DNA of 62,524 nucleotides, filler included, from Spirochaetales bacterium (GTDB lineage Bacteria; Spirochaetota; Spirochaetia; Treponematales; UBA12059): assembly GCA_016928955.1 (NCBI GenBank). It is 5 parts of 5 records of this genome, joined end to end, with 100 filler letters (N's around TTAATTAATTAA, not from the genome) between each part and the next. Parts side by side here need not be neighbours in the genome. Positions count along the whole stretch, not along the records: positions 1 to 21,210 come from JAFGJV010000006.1; 4 more parts are not named here. The stretch is one strand, 5' to 3'. The notes below the pieces were generated by a model that was given only the letters and a program-made list of their open reading frames with translations, was not told where the DNA came from and searched no databases. The translations under genes and the position numbers were made by a program. How positions within the stretch are numbered: position 1 is the first letter of the stretch; each line of letters starts with the position of its first letter. Of this stretch, positions 8,686 through 18,092 are shown one piece after another.

Positions 8686-10398
8686 ATGGCAAGGCGCAGC
8701 CTCCAGGCGGAGATACGTTTTCTGGCGGTCGCCATACCCACGATCATCGTCGTGGCGGTGGCCGTGTCGTTTACGGCCGTGGTATCCCGGTCCCTATCCG
8801 CGTCCATAGCGGCGGACGCCGAGCTCACGGCGGCCGAGGTGCTGGAGCTCATGGCCGCCCCCCTGTACCGCGTCGACAACCAGCAGGTCAGCCGCATAGC
8901 CTGGGCCCTCCTGTCCAGCGAGCGGATACAGTCCATACGCGTGACCTCGCCCCTGGCCGGCACCGTGTTCGAGTCGCCCGCCACGTCCGGTACGTCCTTC
9001 CGTTCCGTGGAGCTGGACGTCGTCTACCAGGGCCACGTGGTTGGTAGCGTGAGCATGGAGTTTGGCGACCAGCGCCTCAGGCAGACGCGCTCGCTCCTGT
9101 ACGGTCTCGGCGCAGCCCTTATCGGGGCGGCCGCCCTGGCCAACATCGTCGCCCTCTTGGTGATCTTCCGCTTCCAGGTAAGCCGCACCTTCACGGGCCT
9201 CCTGTCCGGCATAGACGCCATATCAGCAGGCGACTACGAGACCCGCGTGCCGCTCACGCGCTTTTCCGACGTCAACTCGGTCCTGACCCTACTCAATGAC
9301 ATGGCCGCCCGCGTGCTGGAGAAGAACCGGGCCCTGAAGGCGGCCAACGAGGAACTGGAAACCAGGGTGGGCGAACGCACGGCCGAACTGGCCCGCTCCC
9401 TTGCCGAGCTCAAGTCAGCCCAGGAACAATTGGTGGCGTCGGAAAAATTGTCGGCCCTGGGCAACCTGGCGGCAGGCATAGCCCACGAGCTCAACACGCC
9501 GCTGGGCGCCATCATATCCAGCTCGGACGCCCTGCTTGAGTACTTTGGCCACCAGAGCGACGTAACCCTGCGTTCCTACGCGTCCCTGTCCGGAAGCGAC
9601 CGCGCCCTGTTCGAACGGCTGCTCGGCATGGGCTTCAAACACGCCGGCGTGTTCAAGGTCGGGGGCAGCGACAGAAAGCGTAAAAAGGAACTGGCCGGAA
9701 AACTGGAGCTGCGGGGCACGGCCTGCCCAGCCGAGCTTGCCGAGCACCTGGTGGAGCTTGGCCTGGACACCAGGCTGGACGAGCTGGATGGATTCCTGGG
9801 GCGTGACTGCCGGCTGGATCTCCTGAAGGCCGCCTCGTCGCCCATACAGGCCAGGCGCATGGCCGCCCTAACGGCCATGGCGGCCAAGAAAGCGGCGGAC
9901 GTGGTCGGGGCCCTCAAGCTGTACCTGAGTTCGGAACGGGATCCCGAACCCCAGTATGTGCCGGTGCGCGACAGCATAGAGGCCGCCCTGACCATACTCC
10001 ACAAGCGGCTGGAGCCGGGCATAGCCCTGACCCTGGACCTGAACGACCAGGTGGCCTTCTGCCATCCCGACCAGCTATCGCGGCTGTGGATGAACCTGGT
10101 CCTGAACGCCGTCCAGGCCATGAACGGCTCGGGCCGGCTGTCCATAGGCATGGCTACCCGGGACGGCATGCTGGAGGTGAGCGTGGCCGATTCGGGTCCC
10201 GGCATACCGGACGGCGTGATGGAGAACCTGTTCAAGCCGTTTTTCACCACCAAGAAGGGCGGCGAGGGCATGGGCCTAGGCTTGGCCCTGTGCCAGAAAA
10301 TCGTGGACAAGCACGGTGGCGCCATACACGTGGCGTCCCAGCCCGGGCAAACGGTGTTCACGGTCAGCCTGCCTCTGAACCGGCCCGAGCCCGACTGA
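8686..10398 (+). CDS. HAMP-domain sensor histidine kinase
   Basis: Two TM segments; SEKLSALGNLAAGIAHELNTPLG (H-box), NLVLNAVQA, DSGPGI, PFFTTK, GMGLGL. Confidence 0.93.
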   Translation: MARRSLQAEIRFLAVAIPTIIVVAVAVSFTAVVSRSLSASIAADAELTAAEVLELMAAPLYRVDNQQVSRIAWALLSSERIQSIRVTSPLAGTVFESPATSGTSFRSVELDVVYQGHVVGSVSMEFGDQRLRQTRSLLYGLGAALIGAAALANIVALLVIFRFQVSRTFTGLLSGIDAISAGDYETRVPLTRFSDVNSVLTLLNDMAARVLEKNRALKAANEELETRVGERTAELARSLAELKSAQEQLVASEKLSALGNLAAGIAHELNTPLGAIISSSDALLEYFGHQSDVTLRSYASLSGSDRALFERLLGMGFKHAGVFKVGGSDRKRKKELAGKLELRGTACPAELAEHLVELGLDTRLDELDGFLGRDCRLDLLKAASSPIQARRMAALTAMAAKKAADVVGALKLYLSSERDPEPQYVPVRDSIEAALTILHKRLEPGIALTLDLNDQVAFCHPDQLSRLWMNLVLNAVQAMNGSGRLSIGMATRDGMLEVSVADSGPGIPDGVMENLFKPFFTTKKGGEGMGLGLALCQKIVDKHGGAIHVASQPGQTVFTVSLPLNRPEPD

Positions 10399-10434
10399 AA
10401 GGAAGGCGCGGGCGCGTCGCGACATCCTGGCCGG

Positions 10435-10824
10435 TCACATCACCAGGGAATCCACGGCCGCGTAGAGCTCGTTTTTCCTCCAGGGTTTCCCTATAACCGG
10501 CACGTCGCCCAGGACGGAGCGCAGATTGTCCAAGGCTTCCTGGTCGGCGTGGCCGGTAACGACTATGCAGCGCACCTCGGGGTGGCTCTGGTTCACCCGC
10601 AGGAGGAATTCGTCGCCCCTCATGCCCGGCATGAGCCAGTCGGATATCACCAGGATGACGCTGATGCCCTCGCCGGCCATCTCGTCTATGGCCGCGAGCG
10701 CGTCCTCCGCGTTCAGGGCCGACTCGTATATGAAGCGGTCGGCGTACACGCGCCTGAGCTCCTGCTTCAGTGCCATGAGGATGATAGCCTCGTCGTCCAC
10801 GCAGAGAATGGCCGGTCTGCCCAT
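10435..10824 (-). CDS. Stand-alone response regulator receiver
   Basis: ILCVDDE, VISDWLMPGMRG, VTG, KPW. Confidence 0.92.
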   Translation of the reverse strand: MGRPAILCVDDEAIILMALKQELRRVYADRFIYESALNAEDALAAIDEMAGEGISVILVISDWLMPGMRGDEFLLRVNQSHPEVRCIVVTGHADQEALDNLRSVLGDVPVIGKPWRKNELYAAVDSLVM

Positions 10825-10937
10825 ACTATCGTGTGTAATGCCGCCGGGTGCCCGTGTCAATGACGGAGGCTCGGCCGGGGCCCTCCGGGCGCTCCGTCCC
10901 TTCCAGACAGGGCCCTCATGGGTTACACTAGGGTACG

Positions 10938-13900
10938 ATGAGCGACCCCACCACCCTGAAAGCCGGAGAGCGCCGGACGGCGGCCATACTTTTTGCCGAC
11001 ATGAAGGGCTTCACGTCCCTGTCCGAGCGCATGGACCCAGAGGAAATGGACGCCCTGATGGGGCGGCTGTTTGGCACCTTTGAGGACCTGATACGCGCCT
11101 ACGGCGGCACCGTGGAAAAATACATAGGCGACGCCCTGGTGGCAGTGTTCGGCGTGCCCGAACTCCATGACGACGATCCCCGCCGCGCGCTTGAGGCCGC
11201 CCTGGCCTTTCTGGAGCGCCGCAAGGACAGCCAGGCGGACGGCCTTGTGGGTTCGGACGCCGCCTTCCGGATAGGCATACACATGGGCCTTCTGGCCACG
11301 GGCACGCGCGGCGAATTCGACGTGGTAACCGGCCACGCCATGGCCGTGGCCCAGCGCCTGCAGGCCGCGGCCGAGCCGGGCGGCATCCTGGTGTCTGACG
11401 CGGTAAAGCGCCAGTGCGAGAGCGATTTTGAGTTTTCCGGCCCGCGGTCCATAGAGGCCAAGGGCAAGACCACCGGCATAGATGCGTGGACCGTGATAGG
11501 CCCCCGCTCCAGCTCGGCCCAGGACCGTGGCCCCTTTGTTGGGCGCAAGGACCTCCTGGACGAGCTTCTCGGGCTGTACCTAAGGTCCGATCCCTCCGCC
11601 CTCCACGGCCGCTACATCGTGGGCGAGGCCGGCATGGGCAAAACGCGCCTGGCCTTTGCCCTGATGGAACGCATGCGTGCCTTCCCCGACTTCCAAGCCC
11701 CCGTGCTGAGCGCCCGGGCCCAGAAATACCGCCCGGGAACCTACGCGGTGGTTGCCGACCTGATCCTGGAGCGCCTGGGCCTGGACCAGGCGTCCGGCGC
11801 CGACGGCATAGCGTCCGCCCTGGACAGGATACCGGGCATGGACGGCCAGCACGCCAGAAAAACGGCCGAACTCATAGCCGGGGCAGGCATGGGCGACCAG
11901 GATCCTGGCGTGGTCCTGTCCCTGGTGTCCGTATTTTCGGCTGTCATGCGCTCTGGCGGTTCGGCCATCTATTCCCCCTTCGTCTTCATAGACGACGCGC
12001 CGGCGATGGACCGCCAGTCGCGCGAGTTCCTCCAGTACTACCTGCGCCAGGGCGGGGTCAAGCCCTTCCTGCTCATGGCCGGCCGCGACCATCCCCAACA
12101 ACTCCGAGAGGCCTTCCCCGAGCTCAAGGCCCAGCGCCTCGGGCTCCTGGACAAGGCGGACGCAGAGTCCCTTGCCCGCTCCCACTGGCAGGACTGCCCC
12201 GACGCACTGATGGGTTCCATCCTGGCCCAGTCCATGGGCAATCCCCTCTTTGTGCGCGAGTACGCCCTGTTCGCCAAACAGCACCGCACCCTGTCCAGCC
12301 TGCCGTCCACCATCCAGAACATGTTCCTGACCTCCTTGGACCGCTACGACCCGGAGTACCGCGACTTCATCAAGATGATGTCCCCCTTCGTGCTCAACTT
12401 CCAGGAGGACGACGCGCGGCGCGTCCTTGCCGGGGCCGGCGGCAACCCGGACCTGGCCGGCCCTGCACTCGAGCTGTTCGCCCGAGACGGCGTACTCCTG
12501 CGGAACGGCGAGCGCTACGCCTTTGCCGTGGACATGTTCAAAAAAGCCCTGTATGAGAGCCTCCTCAACCACAACAAGCGCCTGATCCACGGCGTGATAG
12601 CGGACATCATGCTTGAGCGCAAAAGCCCCAACCGCCTCCGCCTGATGCGCCACCTGCTTGGGGCGGAGCGCTGGGGCCAGGCGTCCTCAGTCATGCTCCG
12701 GGACCCGGCTCGCAACTACTGCTACGAGTACCTAGAGTTCATCGAACCCCTCTACCGGCGCCTGTCCAGGGAGGCGCCCGACGAGTCTGTCCAGCTCCTC
12801 ATCTTGAGGAGCGCCATCCTGTTCAACGCGGGCAAGATCGACGAGGCCGAGCAGGAGCTCAAGCGGGTCATGAAGGTGGCCCTCAGCCGCCGCAACGACA
12901 GCTTCCTGGGCTTTGCCTACCACATGGTCTGCGCGCACGCCACCATGACCTACGCCTTCCAAAAGGCCCATTTTACCGGCCAGAAAGCCCTGTACTATTA
13001 CCGCCTGGCCGGCATGGGCGCCCGCAGCGTCCAGAACGTGGTGCGGACCATAGCCCAGGTGGAATTCCAGCGCAACAATTTTGAGGAAGCGCGGGCCCTG
13101 ATCGACCAGATGGCCCTCCTGCCCGATCGCGACGAATTCGAGTACGCCAGCGCCAGCGCCGAATTCCACCTGTATTCGGGCGACTACACGCGAGCCCTGG
13201 CTGCCCTGGACAGCGCCCCCCAGGCCCAGGACGACGACTACGGGGCCGTGGCCCGTTTCTTTGGCCTGGACCTGCGGCTCAAGGTGCTGTGGCAGCTCTG
13301 CGACTTCAAGGCCCTGGGCGAGGCAGCTTCCCAGCTCCTGTCTTCAGGTTCCCTGAGCGAATCGGCCCTGGCCCAGGCCCACGCCATGTCCGCCTGCGCG
13401 TCTTCTGTGGCCGGCGACGACACGGCCGCGCGGGAAAGCTTTCTCCAGTCGGATTTCTGGACCGGCCAGGTGCACAACGACTACGACCGGGTAGACGCGC
13501 TCAGGACAGCCGCCCTCTGCCTGATGGTAGCGGGCCGGCGTGACCGCGCGGAGGAACTGGCCCAGGAAGCGGTGGTCCTTGGCCTCAGGCACTCGTGCTA
13601 CTACCCCACCTTTACCGTGCTCATGATCCTGGTGGACATAGAATACGCCAAGGGACGGAAGGCCGACGCTGCGTTTTTCCTCCGCGAGGCGTCCTACTTC
13701 TTCACCACGGGGCTCCTCTTGCCCTACAAGGACGTCATCCTTTATTACTATTACGCCAGCCTCCTTTTGGAAGGCGAGCTTGCGGCCAAGGCGCCTGCCA
13801 TAGCCTTGAAGCTCATAGAGGACGAAAAAGCCCGCATTGGGGAACCCGGACTGGTAAACAACTTCCTGGTTGCCCGCGGCTTTGGCGACGTGGAAAAACG

Positions 13901-13943
13901 GCTTGCGGGGGCCATAAACGCGCGCGAGGGGGCACAAGGGTGA
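10938..13943 (+). CDS. Class III adenylate/guanylate cyclase fused to a STAND (AAA_16-like) ATPase and TPR-like helical repeats
   Basis: LFADMKGFT, EKYIGD, RIGIHMG, AQRLQ; Walker A GEAGMGKT, Walker B FIDD, GNPLF. Confidence 0.9.
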   Translation: MSDPTTLKAGERRTAAILFADMKGFTSLSERMDPEEMDALMGRLFGTFEDLIRAYGGTVEKYIGDALVAVFGVPELHDDDPRRALEAALAFLERRKDSQADGLVGSDAAFRIGIHMGLLATGTRGEFDVVTGHAMAVAQRLQAAAEPGGILVSDAVKRQCESDFEFSGPRSIEAKGKTTGIDAWTVIGPRSSSAQDRGPFVGRKDLLDELLGLYLRSDPSALHGRYIVGEAGMGKTRLAFALMERMRAFPDFQAPVLSARAQKYRPGTYAVVADLILERLGLDQASGADGIASALDRIPGMDGQHARKTAELIAGAGMGDQDPGVVLSLVSVFSAVMRSGGSAIYSPFVFIDDAPAMDRQSREFLQYYLRQGGVKPFLLMAGRDHPQQLREAFPELKAQRLGLLDKADAESLARSHWQDCPDALMGSILAQSMGNPLFVREYALFAKQHRTLSSLPSTIQNMFLTSLDRYDPEYRDFIKMMSPFVLNFQEDDARRVLAGAGGNPDLAGPALELFARDGVLLRNGERYAFAVDMFKKALYESLLNHNKRLIHGVIADIMLERKSPNRLRLMRHLLGAERWGQASSVMLRDPARNYCYEYLEFIEPLYRRLSREAPDESVQLLILRSAILFNAGKIDEAEQELKRVMKVALSRRNDSFLGFAYHMVCAHATMTYAFQKAHFTGQKALYYYRLAGMGARSVQNVVRTIAQVEFQRNNFEEARALIDQMALLPDRDEFEYASASAEFHLYSGDYTRALAALDSAPQAQDDDYGAVARFFGLDLRLKVLWQLCDFKALGEAASQLLSSGSLSESALAQAHAMSACASSVAGDDTAARESFLQSDFWTGQVHNDYDRVDALRTAALCLMVAGRRDRAEELAQEAVVLGLRHSCYYPTFTVLMILVDIEYAKGRKADAAFFLREASYFFTTGLLLPYKDVILYYYYASLLLEGELAAKAPAIALKLIEDEKARIGEPGLVNNFLVARGFGDVEKRLAGAINAREGAQG

Positions 13944-14416
13944 GGGACCAGGCCGATCTGACCCGGACCATACGGTCCATACCGGGCATGGAAACGCTGG
14001 ATCAGGCCGGGGCGGACGCGCTGGCGTCCTGCGCCGAGCTGGCCAGCGTGGCTGAGGGCGAGCTTCTGTACAGGGAAGGCGAGCCGTCAAAAGACGTGTA
14101 TTTCGTGGTATCCGGCCTCATGGAGGCGCGCATGCGCATACCCGGCCGGGAGCGCGACACGGAAGAGGTGTTCCGCACCATCAAGTCAGGCGACCTGACC
14201 GGCGAGCTTGCCTTCCTGGACGGCGGCCGCCGTGAAGCCACCGTGGCGGCCAGGGAACGTTCCGTCCTCCTCAAACTGGGCGGGGCCGAGCTCAGGGGCC
14301 ACTGCGAGTCCAATCCCGCCCTGGCCGCGGCCGTGTTCCACGCCCTTGGGCGCACGGCGGCCGAGCGTTGCCGGGACGTGTCCCTGGAACTGCGCAACGC
14401 CTACGGAGCGTTCTGA
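13940..14416 (+). CDS. Stand-alone cyclic-nucleotide-binding domain protein
   Basis: LYREGE..VYFVVSG..GELAFLDGGRREATV; GTG start overlaps the cyclase stop (GTGA); no HTH. Confidence 0.88.
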   Translation: MRDQADLTRTIRSIPGMETLDQAGADALASCAELASVAEGELLYREGEPSKDVYFVVSGLMEARMRIPGRERDTEEVFRTIKSGDLTGELAFLDGGRREATVAARERSVLLKLGGAELRGHCESNPALAAAVFHALGRTAAERCRDVSLELRNAYGAF

Positions 14417-14418
14417 CC

Positions 14419-15141
14419 GTGCCCGACATCACCAGAACCGAGCTGTACGAGGCCCTGGACACCGTGGACGACGCCCTCAGCGGCGGCTACCGGAGCCGCA
14501 AACCCATGCCGGAATTCGGCCGGCTGGCCGGAGCCCACGACCAGACCGCCGCGGCCGGAGCCCCCGGCACCCCTGACACGCCGGCCAACGACAGTCTTGC
14601 GGCCATTGCGGCGGACGCCGCGCGGTGCCGCGCATGCAGGCTGGCCGCCAGCCGACATCAGGTGGTACCCGGCGAAGGCGCCGAGCATCCCCTGGTCCTG
14701 GTGGTTGGGGAAGGTCCCGGCGCGGAAGAGGACAAGACAGGGCGGGCCTTTGTTGGACCCGCTGGCCAGCTCCTGGACAAGATGCTTGGCGCCATCGGTC
14801 TGTCCCGGGACACCAACACGTACATAGCCAACGTGGTCAAATGCAGGCCTCCCATGAACCGCGACCCGGCGCCCGACGAGCAGGCCGCGTGCCGCCCCCT
14901 GTTCGACCGCCAGCTTGCCATCCTCAAACCGGCGGCCATACTGGCCGTTGGCCGCGTGCCCGCCCAGTCGCTTCTGGCCGTCAAGGACGGCATAGGCAAA
15001 CTCAGGGGCACGGTCTGGAGTTTCCAGGGCATACCCCTGGTGGCAACCTACCATCCCAGCGCCCTCCTGCGGGACGAAAGCCTCAAGCGCCCGGCCTGGG
15101 AAGACCTCAAACTGCTGAAAACCCTCCTGCCCGATGCCTGA
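14419..15141 (+). CDS. udg: Uracil-DNA glycosylase family 4
   Basis: CRACRL, VGEGPGAEEDKTGRAFVGPAG, NVVKCRPP, TYHPSALLR. Confidence 0.94.
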   Translation: MPDITRTELYEALDTVDDALSGGYRSRKPMPEFGRLAGAHDQTAAAGAPGTPDTPANDSLAAIAADAARCRACRLAASRHQVVPGEGAEHPLVLVVGEGPGAEEDKTGRAFVGPAGQLLDKMLGAIGLSRDTNTYIANVVKCRPPMNRDPAPDEQAACRPLFDRQLAILKPAAILAVGRVPAQSLLAVKDGIGKLRGTVWSFQGIPLVATYHPSALLRDESLKRPAWEDLKLLKTLLPDA

Positions 15142-17089
15142 ATTCGTATCGGTTGCCTTTGACCTGCCCCTGGACCGGCAGTTCAGCTACCGCAATCCGG
15201 ACGGCATGGACGCCCCCCTGGGCGCCAGGGTGGAGGCCGTGTTCGGGCGACGCGTCCTGTCCGGCTGGGTTGTTGGCCATTCCGACGCCTGCGATATCGA
15301 CGAGTCGCTTGTCAAACCCTACACCCGCGTCTTGGACCCCGACCCACTTTTTGCCGCGGACACCCTTGAGCTGGCCCGCTGGATGGCCGGCATGTACTTC
15401 TGCTCCCTGGGAGAGGCCCTGGCCGCCATGATGCCCTCCGGCCGCCGTGAAGGGTCGTCGGAAGCGGGAGCCTTTGACGATGTGCGCGTGGGCGACGCGG
15501 CTATCGTCCCCTCGGACGAGCAGACCAGGGCCTTGGGGGACATCCTGTCCAGGCCGTCCGGGCGCTGGTACCTGTACGGGCCCACGGGCACGGGCAAAAC
15601 CGAGGTATTCCTCCAGGCCGCCGAGGCCACGCTGGCCGAGGGCAGGGGCGTCATCTACCTGGTGCCTGAGATAGCCCTGACCCACCAGGTCATAGACGCG
15701 GTGCGCTCCCGGTTTGGGGAACGAGCGGCCGTGATCCACTCCGGCCTTACGCCGTCCAGAAAACTTGCCGAGTGGAAGCGCATCCTGTCCGGCCGGGCAG
15801 ACGTGGTGGTTGGCGCGCGGAGCGCCGTGTTCGCCCCGGTGCGCAAGCTGGGCCTCGTGGTCCTGGACGAGGAGCACGAAGGATCCTACAAGGCGGGCAA
15901 CGCTCCCCGCTACCACGCACGCCAGGTGGCCATGCGGAGGGCGGCCGACGCCGGGGCCCGCCTGGTCATGGGTTCGGCCACCCCGAGCGTGGAGGCATGG
16001 AAGCTGATGGACGACAAGACCCTCCCCAGGCTGACGCTCACCCGGCGCCTGGCGGGCGGAACCATGCCCGAGGTCGAGATCGTCGACATGAGGAAGGAGG
16101 ACGGCGCCCTGTCGGCCCGCCTGGTGGCCGAGGTCAGGCGCGTCGCCTCTCAGGGCGGTCAGTCCATCCTGTTTCTCAACCGCCGCGGCTTCTCCTACTT
16201 CTGGTCCTGCCGCAGTTGCGGTGCAGAGGCCGTGTGCAAGCACTGCTCGGTCGGGCTGACCTACCACAAGGAGAAAGGCCGCATGGTCTGCCACTATTGC
16301 GGCTACTCCGAGGCTCCGCCGACCACCTGCCCGGTGTGCGGCTCCCTGGACACGGGCTGGGCCGGCTTTGGCACCGAGCGCGTGGAAGAGGACGCAGCCC
16401 GCCTGTTCCCCGGGCTCAGGCTGGCCAGGCTGGACGCCGACTCCACAGCGCGCAAGGGCGAACTTGAGAAAACCCTGCGTTCCTTCGAGAGGGGCGACAT
16501 AGACATACTCCTGGGCACCCAGATGGTGGCCAAGGGCCTCAATTTCCCCGGCGTCCAGCTGGTGGGCGTTATCCTTGCAGACACCACGCTCAACCTGCCA
16601 GATTTCCGGTCGGCTGAGCGGGCCTTTGCCCTGGTTACCCAGGTGGCCGGCCGCGCCGGACGTTTCAGCTCGGGCGGCAGGGTGATTGTGCAGACCTACC
16701 GACCGCACAGCCCGGTGATCCGCCTGGCCGCGGCCCATGACGCCGAGGGTTTTTACAGGCTCGAACTGCAGGCGCGCCAGGATTTAGGCTTTCCGCCCTA
16801 CACCCGCCTATCGCGCCTGACGTTCCGCTCAAAAACCGCGAGCGCGGCGCGCCAGGCCTCAGCGGAATTGGCCGGACGGCTCGAGTCGGCGGCCGTGCCC
16901 GGCGTGGACATCCTGGGTCCTGCCGAGTGTCCCCTGGCCGTGGTCGCGGGCAACGCGCGCTGGCAGGTGATCGTGCGCTCGGCCGACGCCGCCGCCGGTA
17001 GATCCGCCCTGCACGCGGCCTTGGACGGCTGGAAAGTCCCTGCGGGCGTGTACCTTGAGATAGACCCGGATCCCGTCAGCCTGCTGTAG
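15134..17089 (+). CDS. priA: Primosomal protein N' (replication-restart helicase)
   Basis: GPTGTGKTEV, VPEIALT, DEEHE, SATPS, four CxxC, GTQMVAKG, QVAGRAGR. Confidence 0.97.
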   Translation: MPEFVSVAFDLPLDRQFSYRNPDGMDAPLGARVEAVFGRRVLSGWVVGHSDACDIDESLVKPYTRVLDPDPLFAADTLELARWMAGMYFCSLGEALAAMMPSGRREGSSEAGAFDDVRVGDAAIVPSDEQTRALGDILSRPSGRWYLYGPTGTGKTEVFLQAAEATLAEGRGVIYLVPEIALTHQVIDAVRSRFGERAAVIHSGLTPSRKLAEWKRILSGRADVVVGARSAVFAPVRKLGLVVLDEEHEGSYKAGNAPRYHARQVAMRRAADAGARLVMGSATPSVEAWKLMDDKTLPRLTLTRRLAGGTMPEVEIVDMRKEDGALSARLVAEVRRVASQGGQSILFLNRRGFSYFWSCRSCGAEAVCKHCSVGLTYHKEKGRMVCHYCGYSEAPPTTCPVCGSLDTGWAGFGTERVEEDAARLFPGLRLARLDADSTARKGELEKTLRSFERGDIDILLGTQMVAKGLNFPGVQLVGVILADTTLNLPDFRSAERAFALVTQVAGRAGRFSSGGRVIVQTYRPHSPVIRLAAAHDAEGFYRLELQARQDLGFPPYTRLSRLTFRSKTASAARQASAELAGRLESAAVPGVDILGPAECPLAVVAGNARWQVIVRSADAAAGRSALHAALDGWKVPAGVYLEIDPDPVSLL

Positions 17090-17165
17090 CGAGGCGCGCC
17101 ATGAACCGTTCGAGCGGAATTTTCCCTTGCCCCATGGTCAAAGGCTGCTGTACACTCGCGTCGCC

Positions 17166-18092
17166 ATGACCACCACCGACCGAAGCGCCCAAGCCGCCAG
17201 GATAGCGCTCAGAACGGCGGCCGCCCCCCTGGCGGCCATGCTGCTTGCCTCAACGCCCTTGCTGATAACCATGGACAGGTACGGCGCTATTTCGTTCACC
17301 CCCGGCCGGGCCCTGGCAACCATCGGCCAGTGGCTGGCCGGGTTAGCCGACGGGTCGTCGTTCATGTACACGATAGGCAAGACCGAGTGGTCGGTTCTGA
17401 AAACTATGCCTCAGTTTGCCCTGACGTCCTACCTGTACCTGGCCTTGCCCGGAGCCATCGGCATGGGAGCGGGCCTGTGCCTGGGTCTTTGGACCGGCAG
17501 GGGCAAGGGCGGGCGGATCGAGGCCGTGGGACACACCCTGTACGCCATGCCGGATTTTGTCCTGGCCTTGCTCCTCCAGCTGGCCGTGGTGTTCGTGCTC
17601 GACGCGTGGGGCATCAAGCTGGGGTCCATATCCTACAATCCCTGGGACGGTCCCGTACTGGGTCTTGCCGTCGTGGTCATGGCCTTCTACCCCTTGCTCC
17701 GCACCTGGAAGGAAGCGGCCAGGGCTGCCAGGGACGCGTCGGCCTCCGACTACATAGCCTACGCCCGGTCCAAGGGTCTGCCCGAGCGCCTGGTACGGAT
17801 GCGCCATGTGGGAGCGGCCATCGTGCCAAAAATGGAGGCGGACCTACCCCTGTCCATGGCCGTGATGGTGGCCAGCATGTTCATCGTTGAGTACGTATTC
17901 GCCCTGCCGGGGGTGGCCAGGCTGTTGTTCACGGCTGGCTTCCCAGGCTGGAACCCTGGCTGGATGGAGGGCTACCAGTATCGGGTGGTGGTGCTCTGCC
18001 TCATCACCACCATGGGCGTATACGCCGCCGCGTGGGGGACCCTGCGCCTGATCCTGGCCGGCGTGCGCCGGGTACTGACCGGTGAACGCTAA
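17166..18092 (+). CDS. ABC transporter permease (DppB/OppB-like)
   Basis: MPDFVLA, DYIAYARSKGL (EAA loop), IVEYVFALPG. Confidence 0.82.
   Translation: MTTTDRSAQAARIALRTAAAPLAAMLLASTPLLITMDRYGAISFTPGRALATIGQWLAGLADGSSFMYTIGKTEWSVLKTMPQFALTSYLYLALPGAIGMGAGLCLGLWTGRGKGGRIEAVGHTLYAMPDFVLALLLQLAVVFVLDAWGIKLGSISYNPWDGPVLGLAVVVMAFYPLLRTWKEAARAARDASASDYIAYARSKGLPERLVRMRHVGAAIVPKMEADLPLSMAVMVASMFIVEYVFALPGVARLLFTAGFPGWNPGWMEGYQYRVVVLCLITTMGVYAAAWGTLRLILAGVRRVLTGER

Noticed and set aside
10938..14416. Calling the cyclase + cNMP pair a Pycsar anti-phage system
   Set aside because: The receptor has no TIR or TM effector, the cyclase keeps the ATP-type Lys, and composition and context are core-genome-like.
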